64,000 nt of DNA from an uncultured delta proteobacterium (GCA_963810935.1 CAWEPK010000017.1:32001-96000), one strand, 5' to 3'. Positions 10,027 through 22,324 are shown, counted from the first letter of the stretch. Translations and numbers: made by a program. The notes: generated by a model from the letters alone, not told the origin.

Positions 10027-10743
10027 ATGGCTTTCGTTATGTGCGCCCTTCTCGTCCCGATCTTCGCCGGTCCGGCGGCGGCCGGGACGGGTGGGGCCAG
10101 GGAAGAGCTGAAGGTGGAAAACGGGCAGAAGATAAGCGTAGACGTCGAGAACAAGTCGCTTTCTTCGCTTTTGCGGATGATGGCCGACAAAAAGCTTTTC
10201 GACCTGTCCGGCCGTCAAGGCAGCGCGAACGAGCCGTTAACCCTCCATTTTTCGAAGTTGACCTTGCCGGAGGCGCTTTCGAAGATGATGAGGGGATACA
10301 GCTACGTGCTCATGGACGAAGGGAAAGGCAGGCCGGTCCTGACCGTGATGGGAAAAGCCGAGCGGGGCGCGCCCGGTGCGGACAGGCAGGAGCCGAAAGG
10401 CGGCACGCCGCCCGATCAGGGCGCGCCAACAGCCGCGGACGCCTTTACCGCCCGTACAGCAGAGGCAGCCCCTTGCGCCTCCCCCGCCACGTGAGACTGC
10501 ACAACAGCCCCCGCCAGGCGGCGAGCAGCAGACTGCACAGCAACCCCAGACAGGCGGCGAGCAACCCGCGCAGGGCGGCCGGCAGCAGCAGCCGGTGCAG
10601 CAGCAGGCCACGCAGCCTGCTCAGCCTCAAGCGACGGGCGGCCAGCCCGCGCAGGGCGGCCGCAGGACCAGCAGCAGCCGGGGTCGCAGCAGGCGCCCGC
10701 TGCGCCGGCGCCTCCGCCGGAGCCTGAGGGCGTCCACTTCTAG
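10027..10743 (+). CDS. Exported protein with secretin-N/STN-like domain and Gln/Pro-rich tail (two frameshifts)
   Basis: Signal peptide; ISVDVENKSLSSLL..LTLHFSKLTLPEALSKMMRGYSY; QP-rich tail in a shifted frame returns to the start frame and ends PEPEGVHF*. Confidence 0.55.
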
Positions 10744-10773
10744 GACAACGCAAATCCGCCGGATGGCGGCGCT

Positions 10774-11103
10774 TTAAGAGACTGGGCTGCCGTTCGGGAT
10801 ATCTTTGTCCGGCGTAACGAGGACCACGGACGACTTGTCCTCGCTGGAGGCGGCGAGTAGCATGCCGTGGGACATGATGCCGCGAAGCGCCCTCGGCTCC
10901 AGGTTCGCCACGATGACTATGCGCTTGCCCACCAGCTCTTCTTTTGTGTAATAGGGCTTTATGCCGGCCACTATCTGCCTTTCTTCCCCGGCATCGATGG
11001 TCAGCTTGTAGAGCCGGTCGGCGCCCGGTATCTCCTCGCATTCCTTGATCTGGGCGACCCGAAGGTCCACTTTCTTGAAATATTCGAAATCGATTGTCTC
11101 CAT
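10774..11103 (-). CDS. tRNA-binding OB-fold protein (MetRS C-terminal/Trbp111-like)
   Basis: FKKVDLRVAQI, ADRLYKL, RQIVAGI, ANLEPR, SHGMLLAA. Confidence 0.9.
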   Translation of the reverse strand: METIDFEYFKKVDLRVAQIKECEEIPGADRLYKLTIDAGEERQIVAGIKPYYTKEELVGKRIVIVANLEPRALRGIMSHGMLLAASSEDKSSVVLVTPDKDIPNGSPVS

Positions 11104-11331
11104 CTAAACTCCTTTCCCGCGCAATGGGCGGATCGTGCGCCGCTTTCCTTTAACGGCGCTTCCGGTGAGACATCAAGATTATATCAAAGAGTCCTTCCGG
11201 TTGCCATGCTCCGCCTTTTCCCGCTTCCACAAAAATAAGCTATTCTGATATAATCGACATACGCAGGCCGACACCGCGCGAAGGACACCGTGTCGGGGCC
11301 GCTTATATCCTTACAATAGGGGGAGACCGCT

Positions 11332-11769
11332 ATGAAAAAACCTGCTGCACCCGTATCCGGGCCGCCCGTCTACGGCGCGGACGTCACCCTCGCCGTCGCG
11401 AAGAAGGTTGTAGCAGCGGCGGAGGCAGAGGCGAAAAAGAACGGCTGGACCTTCGTGATCGCCGTCGTCGATACGCGGGGGCTCCTCGTCATGCTCGAGC
11501 GCATGGACGACACACAGACCGCGAGCATCCGGGTGGCGATCGAGAAGGCGCGCACCGCCGCCATGTTCAAGCGGCCCAGCAAGGCCTTCGAGGACGCACT
11601 TGCGGGCGGCCGCATGGCGATATTGCGGATGCCCGGCGCGACGCCTATCGAGGGCGGGGTGCCTCTTTTGAAAGGCGGCAGGATCATAGGCGCAATCGGC
11701 GTGAGCGGCATGACGTCTGCTCAGGACGGCCAGGCTGCACTTGCCGGAGCAGCCGCCATAGCAAGCTGA
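11332..11769 (+). CDS. GlcG/HbpS-family heme-binding protein
   Basis: IAVVD..G, AIEKARTA, IEGGVPL, GAIGVSG. Confidence 0.9.
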   Translation: MKKPAAPVSGPPVYGADVTLAVAKKVVAAAEAEAKKNGWTFVIAVVDTRGLLVMLERMDDTQTASIRVAIEKARTAAMFKRPSKAFEDALAGGRMAILRMPGATPIEGGVPLLKGGRIIGAIGVSGMTSAQDGQAALAGAAAIAS

Positions 11770-11893
11770 CGCCGGGAAACCGTCTCCCGGAGCAAGGCAA
11801 CGACGACTTCGGGCGCAAAAATAACCCGCCCGACCCCGGCCTGCGGAAGGGACTTGAAATATTCGATGATTTTGTCATATAATTCCAGGCTTT

Positions 11894-13438
11894 ATGAGAG
11901 TTTTACTGATCCTCTGCATCGGTTGCGTTCTTTTTGTCCATGGCCTGGGCAGCACGGCTTTGTGGGACCCCGACGAGCCGAGGCAAGCCATTATGGCCAG
12001 AGAGATGATGGAGCGCGGCGATTATGTCCATCCTTATCTCAACGGAATGCCTTACCTTGAGAAGCCGCCCCTCCATCCGTGGCTCATAGTCGCCACCGCA
12101 AAAGTCACGGGCAAGATAGATGAGTTCTCGTCGCGCCTCCCTTCGGCGATAGCCGCCCTGCTCTTGCTTTTGCTCGTTTATTTTTACGGGGCGAAGACGG
12201 ACCACGAGGTCTCGGGCTTCCTCTCCGCCCTTATCCTGGCGACAAATTACCAGTTTTTGGGGAACGCAAGAGAATCGGTCATGGACATGACCTTTGCCCT
12301 TTTCATAGGCGTGGCTATAATTTTAGGCTATTTTTGCATCGAAAAGCGCAGGACGAAGTGGCTCCTGCCGTTTGCGCTCCTGCCATGCGCGGGGGCGATT
12401 TTGAGCAAGGGGCCTGCCGGGCTTGTTATACCCCTGGTGGTCCTCTTCTTTTACTGTCTCGCGACCAAGCGCCTGCGCAGCATGTTCCTTCCCATGACGG
12501 CCGGCTGCCTCCTTTCCTCGGCCGTCGCCTCCATCTGGTTCTTCATGGCGGGAAAGGCCTACGCTACCGAGTTTATCCTGCACCAGAACGTGGCCCGGTT
12601 CGCTACGGGCTTCGACCACATCCAGCCGTTCTGGTACTATTTCCCCAAGCTCTTCGTCAATTTCCTGCCGTGGAGCATCGCCCTGCCCTTCGCCGCCTGG
12701 TTCGCGTACAAGCGTAAGCTATGGCTGCCCCTCATCTGGCTCGTCTTCACCTTCGTTTTCTTCGACATATCGCGGAGCAAGCGCGCCATCTACCTGCTCT
12801 CGGCGTATCCGGCAGCCGCCATCCTGGTGGGCATGTACCTCAAGGAGCGGTGGTACGCACTGGCGGAGGCGCGATGGACCAGGCTCGTTTTCTGCGTCTT
12901 CGGCGCGCTCCTTGCCCTGGCCCCGCTGCTTTTCTTCCCTGCTTACGACCGGGTGCCCCTCGTTGCGCAGATGTTCGCAGGACGGATGCCTCTGCTAATA
13001 GGCATGGCGGCGGTCCTGTTCGCCTGCGGGGTCTTCTTCGTAGTCTCGGTCCTCATGAAATCGCCGGCAAAGAACTTCCTCGCGCTCTTTGTCTACCTCC
13101 TGATACTCGGGGTCGTCTACCACACGAATTTTATGCCTGCCGTCGACCGGAACGTCAACTCGGTCCGCCTGATCACCGACCGGTTGAGCGACGCCCAGAA
13201 GGCAGCCACGGTATGCAGCTACGGTTTTAACTCCCCCGCCCTGATCTACTACATGGGCAGGCCGGTCCCGGCCATTTTGGGGCCGGATGATGCCCTTTTG
13301 AAAAAAGATGATATAATAGTCATCGCCGAAGACAAGTATGGGAGCGCTAGTGCGCTCAGACAACTTTTTCCCCTTTCGAAGAAAGCGCAGTACGAGAGGG
13401 ATAACTACTTGATCTTCATGAGGAAAGATGGAAAGTAG
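11894..13438 (+). CDS. arnT: ArnT-like GT83 lipid A aminoarabinose transferase
   Basis: LWDPDEPR, YLEKPPL, LSKGP, QPFWYY; polytopic membrane protein in arn operon context. Confidence 0.85.
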   Translation: MRVLLILCIGCVLFVHGLGSTALWDPDEPRQAIMAREMMERGDYVHPYLNGMPYLEKPPLHPWLIVATAKVTGKIDEFSSRLPSAIAALLLLLLVYFYGAKTDHEVSGFLSALILATNYQFLGNARESVMDMTFALFIGVAIILGYFCIEKRRTKWLLPFALLPCAGAILSKGPAGLVIPLVVLFFYCLATKRLRSMFLPMTAGCLLSSAVASIWFFMAGKAYATEFILHQNVARFATGFDHIQPFWYYFPKLFVNFLPWSIALPFAAWFAYKRKLWLPLIWLVFTFVFFDISRSKRAIYLLSAYPAAAILVGMYLKERWYALAEARWTRLVFCVFGALLALAPLLFFPAYDRVPLVAQMFAGRMPLLIGMAAVLFACGVFFVVSVLMKSPAKNFLALFVYLLILGVVYHTNFMPAVDRNVNSVRLITDRLSDAQKAATVCSYGFNSPALIYYMGRPVPAILGPDDALLKKDDIIVIAEDKYGSASALRQLFPLSKKAQYERDNYLIFMRKDGK

Positions 13439-14357
13439 GGTCGATATATCGGTCCTCGTGCCGGCCCTGAACGAGGAAGAATCGCTCGACGAGCTGAACG
13501 AGCGGCTTACGAAGGTCCTGTCATCGATGGACCGGTCCTGGGAAATCATCTACGTCAACGACGGGAGCACCGACAGGACCGAGGAGATGATAGAAGGCTA
13601 CCGGAAGACCGACCAGCGGATCAAGGTCATCGAGTTCGAAAGGAATTTCGGACAGCACATGGCGCTTTTCGCGGCTTTCGAGCGGGCCGCCGGCAAGGTG
13701 ATCGTCACGATCGACGCAGACCTGCAAAACCCGCCGGAGGAGATACCCCGCCTCGTCGAGAAGGCGGACGAGGGCTACGACGTGGTCGCAACGTGCAGAA
13801 GGGGGAGACAGGACTCGATCTTCCGCAGGTGGCCCTCCTGGATCGTGAACAAGATCACCTCGCGCCTCGTAGGCGCGAAGCTGCGGGACTACGGCTGCAT
13901 GCTGAGGGCGTACAGCCGCCAGGTGATCGACTCGATCAACCTCTGCCAGGAGTCGTCCAGCTTCATCCCTGCGCTGGCCAACACTTACGCCAGACGGTTC
14001 GTCGAAATCGAGGTCGGCCACGCGGAGCGCAAACGGGGCGTCTCGAAGTACGGGCTTTTCCGCCTCCTTCGGCTCAACTTCGACCTTATGACGGGCTTTT
14101 CCCTCCTTCCGATACAGTTCATCGGCATCCTTGGCGTAGTGATCGCCCTCATGGGGCTGGTCTTCGCCATTTACCTCCTCGTCCGCAGGCTCATCCTCGG
14201 CCCTGAGTCGGACGGCCTATTCACGCTGTTTGCCGTCCTTTTCTTCTTCGTGGGCATCCAGATCTTCGCACTCGGCATCATCGGCGAATACATCGGGAGG
14301 ATCTTCCAGGAAGTGCGGAGAAGGCCCAGGTTCGTAGTGAAGAAGGAACTTCTGTGA
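13428..14357 (+). CDS. arnC: Undecaprenyl-phosphate 4-deoxy-4-formamido-L-arabinose transferase
   Basis: VNDGSTD, RNFGQHMA, TIDADLQNPPEEIP, DYGCMLRAY; two C-terminal TM helices. Confidence 0.9.
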   Translation: MESRVDISVLVPALNEEESLDELNERLTKVLSSMDRSWEIIYVNDGSTDRTEEMIEGYRKTDQRIKVIEFERNFGQHMALFAAFERAAGKVIVTIDADLQNPPEEIPRLVEKADEGYDVVATCRRGRQDSIFRRWPSWIVNKITSRLVGAKLRDYGCMLRAYSRQVIDSINLCQESSSFIPALANTYARRFVEIEVGHAERKRGVSKYGLFRLLRLNFDLMTGFSLLPIQFIGILGVVIALMGLVFAIYLLVRRLILGPESDGLFTLFAVLFFFVGIQIFALGIIGEYIGRIFQEVRRRPRFVVKKELL

Positions 14358-15274
14358 AAGCGGTCGTCTTAGGTTATCACGAGATAGGCTACGTCTGCCT
14401 CGAGGCCCTGCTGGCAAGCCGCATATCCGTGCTTGCCCTGTTTACCCACAAAGACGACCCGAAAGAGGAAATCTGGTTCCGCACGCCGAGGGCGCTGGCG
14501 GAAGAAAACGGCATCCCCGTCTTCGACCCTGAATCGCTTGCCGACCCGGCGTGGGCCGCACGCATCCGCGCTTACGAGCCCGATTACCTTTTTTCATTTT
14601 ATTACAGGCACATGCTCCCGAAAGAGGTCCTCGACATACCGAAGATCGCGCCCCTGAACCTCCACGGCTCGCTCCTGCCGAAATTCCGCGGCAGGTGCCC
14701 CGTCAACTGGGTGCTCGTAGAGGGGGAGCAGCGTACCGGCGTCACCCTCCACGTGATGGAGGTAAAACCGGACGCGGGGGACATAGTGGGGCAGAGGGAA
14801 GTGCCCATTGCGTTCGAGGACACGGCGGAAAGCCTGGCGCGGAAGCTGGCCGCCGCTGCGGCGGGACTGATGCGCGAGGTAATGCCGCAACTTGAGGCGG
14901 GCAGGCCGGAACGCAGGCCCCAGACGGGTCAATCTTCATATTACGGCGGCCGCAGGCCGGAAGACGGTATAATCGACTGGGAAAAAAGCGCATTGAGCGT
15001 TTACAACCTCGTAAGGGCGGTCACCCACCCATACCCCGGCGCTTACACGTTTATGGCAGGCCGCAAGCTCTTTATATGGAAGGCAGCGCCGCGGGAAGGG
15101 GCAGCCGCCGGGCTACCCGGTACGGTCGTCTCTACGGACCCTCTCGTCATCAAGGCGGGGGACGGCCTGCTGCGCGTCATGTCGCTCCAGGCGGACGGTG
15201 AAAACGAGATGGGAGCGGACTCTTTCGTCCGCCTCCACGGACCTGATATGAAATTCTTAGGAGGTAGGTTTTGA
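14354..15274 (+). CDS. arnA: UDP-L-Ara4N formyltransferase (stand-alone ArnA N-terminal half)
   Basis: [39 protein letters not shown]. Confidence 0.88.
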   Translation: MKAVVLGYHEIGYVCLEALLASRISVLALFTHKDDPKEEIWFRTPRALAEENGIPVFDPESLADPAWAARIRAYEPDYLFSFYYRHMLPKEVLDIPKIAPLNLHGSLLPKFRGRCPVNWVLVEGEQRTGVTLHVMEVKPDAGDIVGQREVPIAFEDTAESLARKLAAAAAGLMREVMPQLEAGRPERRPQTGQSSYYGGRRPEDGIIDWEKSALSVYNLVRAVTHPYPGAYTFMAGRKLFIWKAAPREGAAAGLPGTVVSTDPLVIKAGDGLLRVMSLQADGENEMGADSFVRLHGPDMKFLGGRF

Positions 15275-16302
15275 ACATCTTGATACTGGGCGTCAACGGC
15301 TTTATCGGCAACAGCCTTGCCAGCCACATCCTGGAAAACAAGGACTGGGAAGTTTACGGAATGGATATACGGGATGACAAGCTGGACAAGTGCCACGGCA
15401 AACGGTGCTTCCACTTCGTCGAGGGCGATATATCGATCAACAAGGAATGGGTCGAATACCACGTGAAGAAGTGCGACGTCGTCCTGCCGCTTGTGGCGAT
15501 AGCTACGCCGGCCACCTACGTCAAGGAGCCGCTGAAGGTGTTCGGCCTCGATTTCGAGGAAAACCTGGCGATCGTCCGCCAGTGCGTGAAATACAATAAA
15601 AGGCTTATCTTCCCCTCCACGTCGGAGGTCTACGGCATGTCGCCCGACGAGGAGTTCAAAGAGGACGAAAGCCCGCTCATGGTGGGGCCCATCAACAAGC
15701 AGCGCTGGATTTACAGCGTCTCCAAGCAGCTCCTCGACCGCGTCATATGGGCATACGGCTTCCAGAAAGGCCTGCGCTTCACCCTCTTCCGCCCCTTCAA
15801 CTGGATTGGGCCGAAGCTCGACGATCTGACCATGGAGCCGGAGAAGGAAGGCAGCTCCAGGGTCGTCACGCAGTTCATATCCGCCCTGATCCACGGAGAC
15901 GTCATCCGCCTCGTTGACGGCGGCGGGCAGAGAAGGTGTTTCACCTACGTCGACGACGGCATAGACGGCCTCATGCGCGTCATCGAGAACAAGAACGACG
16001 TCTGCAACGGCGAGATATTCAATATCGGGAACCCCAGAAACGAGGCGACGATCAAAGAGCTGGCCTACAAGCTCCGCGACCTTTTTATGGCGTACAAGGG
16101 CAACGCGGGCAAGAAGCCGGCCGAGATAGTCGATGTCTCCTCCGGAGACTTCTACGGCAAAGGGTATCAGGACATCAACCGCAGGGTGCCGTCGATCAGG
16201 AAGGCGCGCGAGATCCTGGGGTGGGAGCCGAAGGTGGACCTCGATACGGCGCTGCGCAAAACGCTCGAATACTACCTGGGACCGAAAGCCGACGGCATCT
16301 GA
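15271..16302 (+). CDS. arnA: UDP-glucuronate oxidase/decarboxylase (stand-alone ArnA C-terminal half)
   Basis: [50 protein letters not shown]. Confidence 0.92.
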   Translation: MNILILGVNGFIGNSLASHILENKDWEVYGMDIRDDKLDKCHGKRCFHFVEGDISINKEWVEYHVKKCDVVLPLVAIATPATYVKEPLKVFGLDFEENLAIVRQCVKYNKRLIFPSTSEVYGMSPDEEFKEDESPLMVGPINKQRWIYSVSKQLLDRVIWAYGFQKGLRFTLFRPFNWIGPKLDDLTMEPEKEGSSRVVTQFISALIHGDVIRLVDGGGQRRCFTYVDDGIDGLMRVIENKNDVCNGEIFNIGNPRNEATIKELAYKLRDLFMAYKGNAGKKPAEIVDVSSGDFYGKGYQDINRRVPSIRKAREILGWEPKVDLDTALRKTLEYYLGPKADGI

Positions 16303-17213
16303 TGCACAAAGTCGTAGGGCTGCAGGTCCACGTCGATACCTTTGAAGGGATGAGGCACGGGGTGGGCCGCCTGCTCGACCTGTTCGATTCCTTCGGCCTG
16401 CACGCGAGCTTTTTCGTCCCCATGGGCAAGGACCATACGGGCTGGACCGTGAAGCGCGTCTTCACCCGGCCCGGCTTCGTCTCCAAGGCGCAGCGGGTAG
16501 GGGTGCTCGAGACGTACGGGGTAAAGACCCTCATGCGGGGGCTGCTCCTGCCCGGCGCGCAAATCGCCAAACGCAACGCGGGGCTGCTGCGCGACATCGA
16601 GGCAAGGGGACACGAGCTCGGCATCCACGGCCTCGACCACGTTTACTGGCACGACCACATAAAAAATATGGACCGGGCGCGGACGGAGAAGATACTTGCC
16701 GAAGCGGCCGGTACGTACGAAGCGCTGGTCGGAAAAAAGCCCGCGTCGTTCGCGGCCCCCGGCTGGATGATAAGCGCCCACGCGCTCGCCTTCTTCGAGG
16801 CAAACGGGTTCTCCTACACGAGCGATACGCGTGGGACCGGCCCGTTCTATCCGCGAATGGGCGGCAGAACATTCCCGGTGCTCCAGATACCCTCGACGCT
16901 GCCGACGCTCGATGAGATGGTGGGCCTGGAGGGCAACGACCAAGCCACTCTAGCGGCTTTCTTCGCAAATTCCCTTACCGAAGGACTAAACGTGATCTCC
17001 GTGCATACGGAGCTTGAAGGCAACCGATGGACGGGCTTCCTAAAGATGTTCATCGAGCAGGCGTTAGAGCGCGGCTACTCTTTCAAGCGCCTGACAGATA
17101 TAGCGGCAGAACTGAAAAATCAAAAGGACATACCGGTCTGCGAATGCCAGTACGGCACGGTCCGCGGAAGGGCCGGCGAAGTAACCCTGCAAGGCCCGCC
17201 GGCGTCGTTGTAA
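16302..17213 (+). CDS. arnD: ArnD-like deformylase/polysaccharide deacetylase
   Basis: ATG overlaps upstream TGA; VDTFEG, FAAPGW, YTSDTRG, QIPSTLPTLDE, VHTELEG. Confidence 0.85.
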   Translation: MHKVVGLQVHVDTFEGMRHGVGRLLDLFDSFGLHASFFVPMGKDHTGWTVKRVFTRPGFVSKAQRVGVLETYGVKTLMRGLLLPGAQIAKRNAGLLRDIEARGHELGIHGLDHVYWHDHIKNMDRARTEKILAEAAGTYEALVGKKPASFAAPGWMISAHALAFFEANGFSYTSDTRGTGPFYPRMGGRTFPVLQIPSTLPTLDEMVGLEGNDQATLAAFFANSLTEGLNVISVHTELEGNRWTGFLKMFIEQALERGYSFKRLTDIAAELKNQKDIPVCECQYGTVRGRAGEVTLQGPPASL

Positions 17214-17411
17214 TCCGCACCTATCATCATCGCTTCGAGACCATTAGCTTCTTCCTGAAGTTGTGATCTCTCCATTAACGGCACAAGCGTAACACTTCAC
17301 GCGGCAATCCTGATGAAGCGCCATTTCCCTATCGCCCTTCGGTGCATGCCACCGTGGTGCAGGAGTTTACCTATGCTACAATCTTTATGTGCCTGATTCC
17401 CTGATCGATCG

Positions 17412-18617
17412 TTAACCGGTAATTTGTTCCAACTCCATCTGAGCAGTTTCAGGCGCATATAAATAAATGACTAAAGCTGCTATCAGGAATATCACTGAAA
17501 GTATCGGCAGTCCGGCAGCAATCGATGTCTTTGTGGCTATGTACCCTATAAGGAAAGGGGAGACTGACGCCAATATACGTGCAATGAAACATTGCACCGC
17601 CATAACCCGTGCCACGCATTCTGGTCGGGAAGAATAGACTGTAAGTGATGCCAATGGCATACCCGCCGTAGATAAAGAATGAGGTGATGGAGCACAACGA
17701 GCAGAGCGATGACCGATGATAAATTGACATAGATCACAAAAGGACGGCGGCCGGGAAAATGAATAACCCAATAATTTCTTACTCCTGAGTTCTCTCTTAT
17801 ATAACCGCAAATGAAGTAGGCGGGAAGACCGAAGATGCTATAATATATTATGAAGTAAGAGCCTTTCAATATACCCAGGTGCTTTTCCGTTATCAAGAAC
17901 TGCGGTATCGAAGTGGCCCATCCCCACCACATGAACAAAAACGCGAACATTATGACGATCCCAACGAGATAATTTCTCACGCTGTACCGTATCGGCTCCA
18001 ACAGGTCCAATTTGTGGCGTTTGTTTTTTTGTCTTGCCTCAGTCTGGATTTGCTTGAACCGTTCCGTTTCTCTAAGAATAACTGCTATGAATGCTATTAA
18101 AACCAACGCAGGTATAGCGCCGGCAAAATATAACGAACGCCACCCATAACGGGGCGACAAACCGATATTGAGGGCCGCCGCAATTAAATACCCTATCGGA
18201 TAGGCACTGATCAACGCTCCCAGTGCAAAGCCTCTCCATTTTGCAGGATTGGTTCGAATACCACGTCCTAGGGCACTTCCTTGGCCAGATCTGAAAACGA
18301 TCTGGAGACCAACATGCCTTTCAAGCTCCTTAAAGCCGCATAACCAGTGACAACTGACTGTATATGCTAATGATAACATTAACATTGGCTTTCTCCATAC
18401 CTGTCGGCGAAGAATGCAAATACTAAATCGCCGACAGCGTATTTGAGGAGAAATGCAGTTCCCATTAGACCTAAATCGATTGGGTTATATGCCATTCTTT
18501 GATCATTGCCGGTATGGTCAACCCATATATCATTGAATCCATGGCATCAAAGAACCAGCCGAACCACGTTAAAGCAAAAGCCACAAAAATGTACCTTCCC
18601 GTTCTCCGCTGCATCAT
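17412..18617 (-). pseudogene. MFS transporter, multiply frameshifted
   Basis: N-terminus MMQRRTG..FGWFFDAMD; YGWRSLYF; FPTRMRGTGYG; APET; pieces spread over several frames; lower GC. Confidence 0.85.
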
Positions 18618-18721
18618 CCCCCCCTTTTTTTTCTTCTTTGCTCATCAGGATCTGCCAAAGAACACTATCCCGCCCTCAAATCTTCCCTTTTCTCTCACCT
18701 CACCGAATGGCTCTTATTTGT

Positions 18722-18771
18722 CCCAGGGTGAAGGTCCGTGTTCGGCTCGTGCCGTCGGCCTTCACCCTGGG
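18722..18771. repeat. REP-like inverted repeat
   Basis: CCCAGGGTGAAGG ... CCTTCACCCTGGG (13-bp arms). Confidence 0.6.
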
Positions 18772-18836
18772 CAAGACCACTCTCCAGCACCCCTAACCCT
18801 CTTCTGAGAAGCAGGGACCGCAGCTCCTGCAATGTC

Positions 18837-20557
18837 CTAAACGTTCGTGTACGGCCTGCCTCCCGACAGGAAAGTTCCAATGATATTACCCTCGGTAATG
18901 GGAAGCAGCACGTGTGACGGATGGTCGGCGTCCTGAAAGACCGTGATGCGTGAGGAGGACTGCCGCTTGATGTGACCGCCCGCGATCTGTTCGAACGTAT
19001 GCTTTGCGGGGTCATAGGCAGACGTGATTCTCAGCTTTATCTTTGTGCAGGCCTTAAAGAGGTTAGAGGTCGGGTTCCGCCTATACTGACTGGTAACTTG
19101 CATCGGAGGTGCTGTAGGGGGCGGACGGCTAGAGTTTTGAGCGGGCGGTATTGACGGCCGATGGGAGCCCTGAGCCAGCCGCGAGTCAGTTCTTCTCGTT
19201 GCCTTGCTGGTCGACTTCCCTGAGACTGGTCACCACAGGGCCAGAATCGTCGGTGGTGGACGCATTTGGATTCAATATCTTTTCCGAAAACCTTTGAATC
19301 CCACCAGAGGAGAGGAATAATAGTCCACGTGGCCGCGCACCCAGGGTGAATCCTCATAGGAAACCTGCGCCTCGTAGGGCCAATGCTCATGCTCGGAGAG
19401 GAGTTCACCCTCGTGAAGGAATAAAGATGTCCATTTGGTCTCGGGGAGAGGCCATTCATTCGACTTCTTCCACCTGTTCGAGCCCATCACGAAAAGCTTG
19501 ACCGGCGGCTCTTCCATAAAACCCGTGTCTATTCCCTTCAACCATTGGTCGAACCACCTGAGGGCCTCGAACTGCAACTGGAAGAAAGGCCGGTCGAGAT
19601 AGAAGGGCGGACCGATAACCATCTTCTTTGGGGGCACTCAATTTTTCCCAGCCTCGAAATGCGCCGGGCAGGTGGAGCCCATACGTCGCCCAGCATCCGC
19701 CGATATACGCGGGTACCTTTGTCGTGTCATATTTTGCCTTGCGCTCCTCCCAGAAAGGATTGTCCAGAGGGTTGAGGGCGACATCGGCAAGGATCGGATT
19801 AATGCCTTCGGTGAGGTTTTTCACCACGTCCATCATACCGGGGATGGCCATGAGGTCTTCATCCTGGAGGGCCTTCTTGACCGCCTCCTCGACCGCCTTA
19901 TCCCCAAGGAGCCTGCGGGTGATCAGGCTCGAATCGCGGGTTAAGGTAATCCTTGGCCAGTGCCCGCAGGAAGTTGTACCCGAAAATACGGCCCCGGTAA
20001 ATCCAGTCGCGATAAAAGTCGGTGAGCCCGTGGGGCGCGAATATGCACTTGAGGGAAGGCGGATTCAGGGCCGCAACGAACACCTGGATCCAGGCGAAGT
20101 AAGAAACGCCGAACATGCCCACCTTGCCGTCGCACCACGGCTGCTTCGCTATCCACTCTATGACTTCATAGGTGTCGCGGATCTCCTGATTCCCCATGAA
20201 GTCATACGTTCCCCCGGACTTGCCCGTGCCACGCACATTGGCGACTACCTGAACGTACCCGCGTCGCACCAGGAAATTGGGATCGCCCGATTCTATCCAG
20301 CCCCTGCCCTTATCCTCTCCTGGATGGGGATGTGTCACGGAGGAAAAGGAATTAGGCATTATGGGTGCCGTTTGTGGTTGTTGCGGATACGGATGGATGC
20401 CTAGGATCATGGCGAATTTTTCGGCACTGTCCGGCCGCCAGATATCCGCGCTGAGTTCGGTCCCGTCGCTCATGGGCACCCGCACGTCCGCTCGAAAATA
20501 AAGTTGGTGGATTTTATCTTTGAAGTCTTCCACTTCGTACTGAACAATGCACCTCAA
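18837..20557 (-). pseudogene. CocE/NonD-family hydrolase, multiply frameshifted
   Basis: VPMSDGTELSADIWRP, WCDGKVGMFGVSY, LRWFDQWLKG, LTRGWLRA, PTSNLFK..HPSHVLLPI found across four or more ORF pieces. Confidence 0.9.
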
Positions 20558-20609
20558 TCGTTTGTTTTGTATATGTCACCGCTTTCTCTACCTCGGGAAC
20601 AAACATATA

Positions 20610-20625
20610 TGCAGCAACCATGCCT
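20610..20625 (-). promoter_or_regulatory. sigma54 (-24/-12) promoter for the CocE-MFS unit
   Basis: Minus strand AGGCATGGTTGCTGCA = GG-N10-GC, divergent from a sigma54 activator gene. Confidence 0.7.
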
Positions 20626-20835
20626 GCACGAAGTGAACGTGGCAAAAGGTGACGATTTATCAAAGAAGGCGCGGAAAATGTAAAAAAGGAAAGCAGACGA
20701 AAAAACAAGGTAAATAGTATTCTCTTAGATATGGGTGCGTTTTTTTGTTGACACAATTTTCCGTACAGCTGATCATTTTGTAGCGCCATGGCGAATCCTA
20801 CGGCAATAGTCTTCTATGTGTAAAGGGGAGATAAC

Positions 20836-22236
20836 ATGTCCATTTCTGCTGACTCATGGTCCGATGTTTTCACGAAGGTCAAGGAAGGGCTAAGCCATTA
20901 CGATCCGGTTCCTGTTTTTGAGGAGCTTTTCAGGTTTCTGTATGAAGGTTCGATCGTGATCGATACAAAGGGCCACGTGGTGTTCATGGACAAACCCACC
21001 GAAACATGGTTCGGACTCCCTCCGGGAGCAGGCCGCGGCAGAAACCTTGCGGAGTTTTTTCCGGATTTAGGCTTATTGAAGAGCAAAAGAACGTATTTCC
21101 GCAATGGCAGGTTATCAAAGAAATACGTTTGGCAAAAATGGCTATGTTACAAAGGCTTCCGATAGTGAGAAACAGGCGGTTGATCGGCGCGGTGGGGACA
21201 CATGGTCATTCATGAGAGAGATGGAGATCGAGAACGTCCTGGCTCAATCTCCGGCCACCGACAAATTTATAAGCTTTAGCCATGCTCCGAATAATGCCGA
21301 TTATACTTTCGATGATATTCTGGGGATAAGTCTGTCCATAACCGAGTCAAAAGAAAGAGCCGCAAGAATTGCGCGCACAGATTCCACCGTGTTGTTAACC
21401 GGGGAGACAGGAACGGGGAAAGAGTTATTTGCGCATAGCATCCATCAACTCGAGTAGTCGCACCAAGGGTCCCTTGATTCGGGTTAACTGTGGTGGCATA
21501 ACTGTTGAACTAGCCGAAAGCGAATTGTTTGGTTACGCGAAGGGAGCCTTCACCGGCGGAAGCAACACCGGGCATATAGGAAAGTTCGAACTCGCTTCCG
21601 GCGGGACTATATTTCTTGAGAAGTAATCGCTATGCCCTTGTCCATACAGACGAAGCTCCTGAGAGTAATTCAGGAAAAGGAAGTCCAGCTCTCGCTTTGA
21701 ATGATACGAAAAAGCTCGATTTCAGATTGATCGCGGCGACGAATGTCGACTTATCCAACCTTGTGGAAAAAGGAACTTTCAGGCCGGATCTTTATTACCG
21801 GCTGGCTTCCATGCCGATTGCGATAGCCCCACTGCGGGAGAGAGTCGAGGATATTCCCTACACGGTTAATAGTCTGTTGCCGGTCATCAATCGAAGATTG
21901 TCCGGGAATGTTCGGTCAATTTCAGGCGGCGCTCTCGACGCGATGTGCAGCTACAGATGGACGGGCAATGTTCGCGAACTGAGTAACGCCGTGGAACAGT
22001 CGATTTTCAACGCCTATCCCGGCACCGAAATTGACAGGACCGATTTGCCTGCATTCTTGAAATCAGTCTCGCACAACGAAATATCATGTGAGAAAGAGAT
22101 GCGCAAGGCAAGGACCAACGCGGAGCAAAGAGCTATAAATCAAGCGTTGAGGATAACAAAAGGAAACAAGAAAAAAGCAGCACAACTGCTGGGAATTTCC
22201 AGAACATGGTTGTATCAAAAGCTTCGCTCTCCATGA
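20836..22236 (+). pseudogene. PAS-domain sigma54-dependent Fis-family activator, multiply frameshifted
   Basis: GETGTGKELFA, ESELFGYAKGAFTG, RLIAATN, FRPDLYYRL, WTGNVREL and a C-terminal HTH, split over four ORFs. Confidence 0.92.
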
Positions 22237-22324
22237 CCCTGGCAATCCCCTTTGTTTGGACGAAAAAGGCGGAAGATGTCGCCAAGAAAATAGCCCGTGT
22301 AAAGCCATTAATGAGACGGTACAC

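Noticed and set aside
21455..21457. Second amber read-through candidate in the sigma54 activator
   Set aside because: The protein continues in a different frame, so this is a frameshift.
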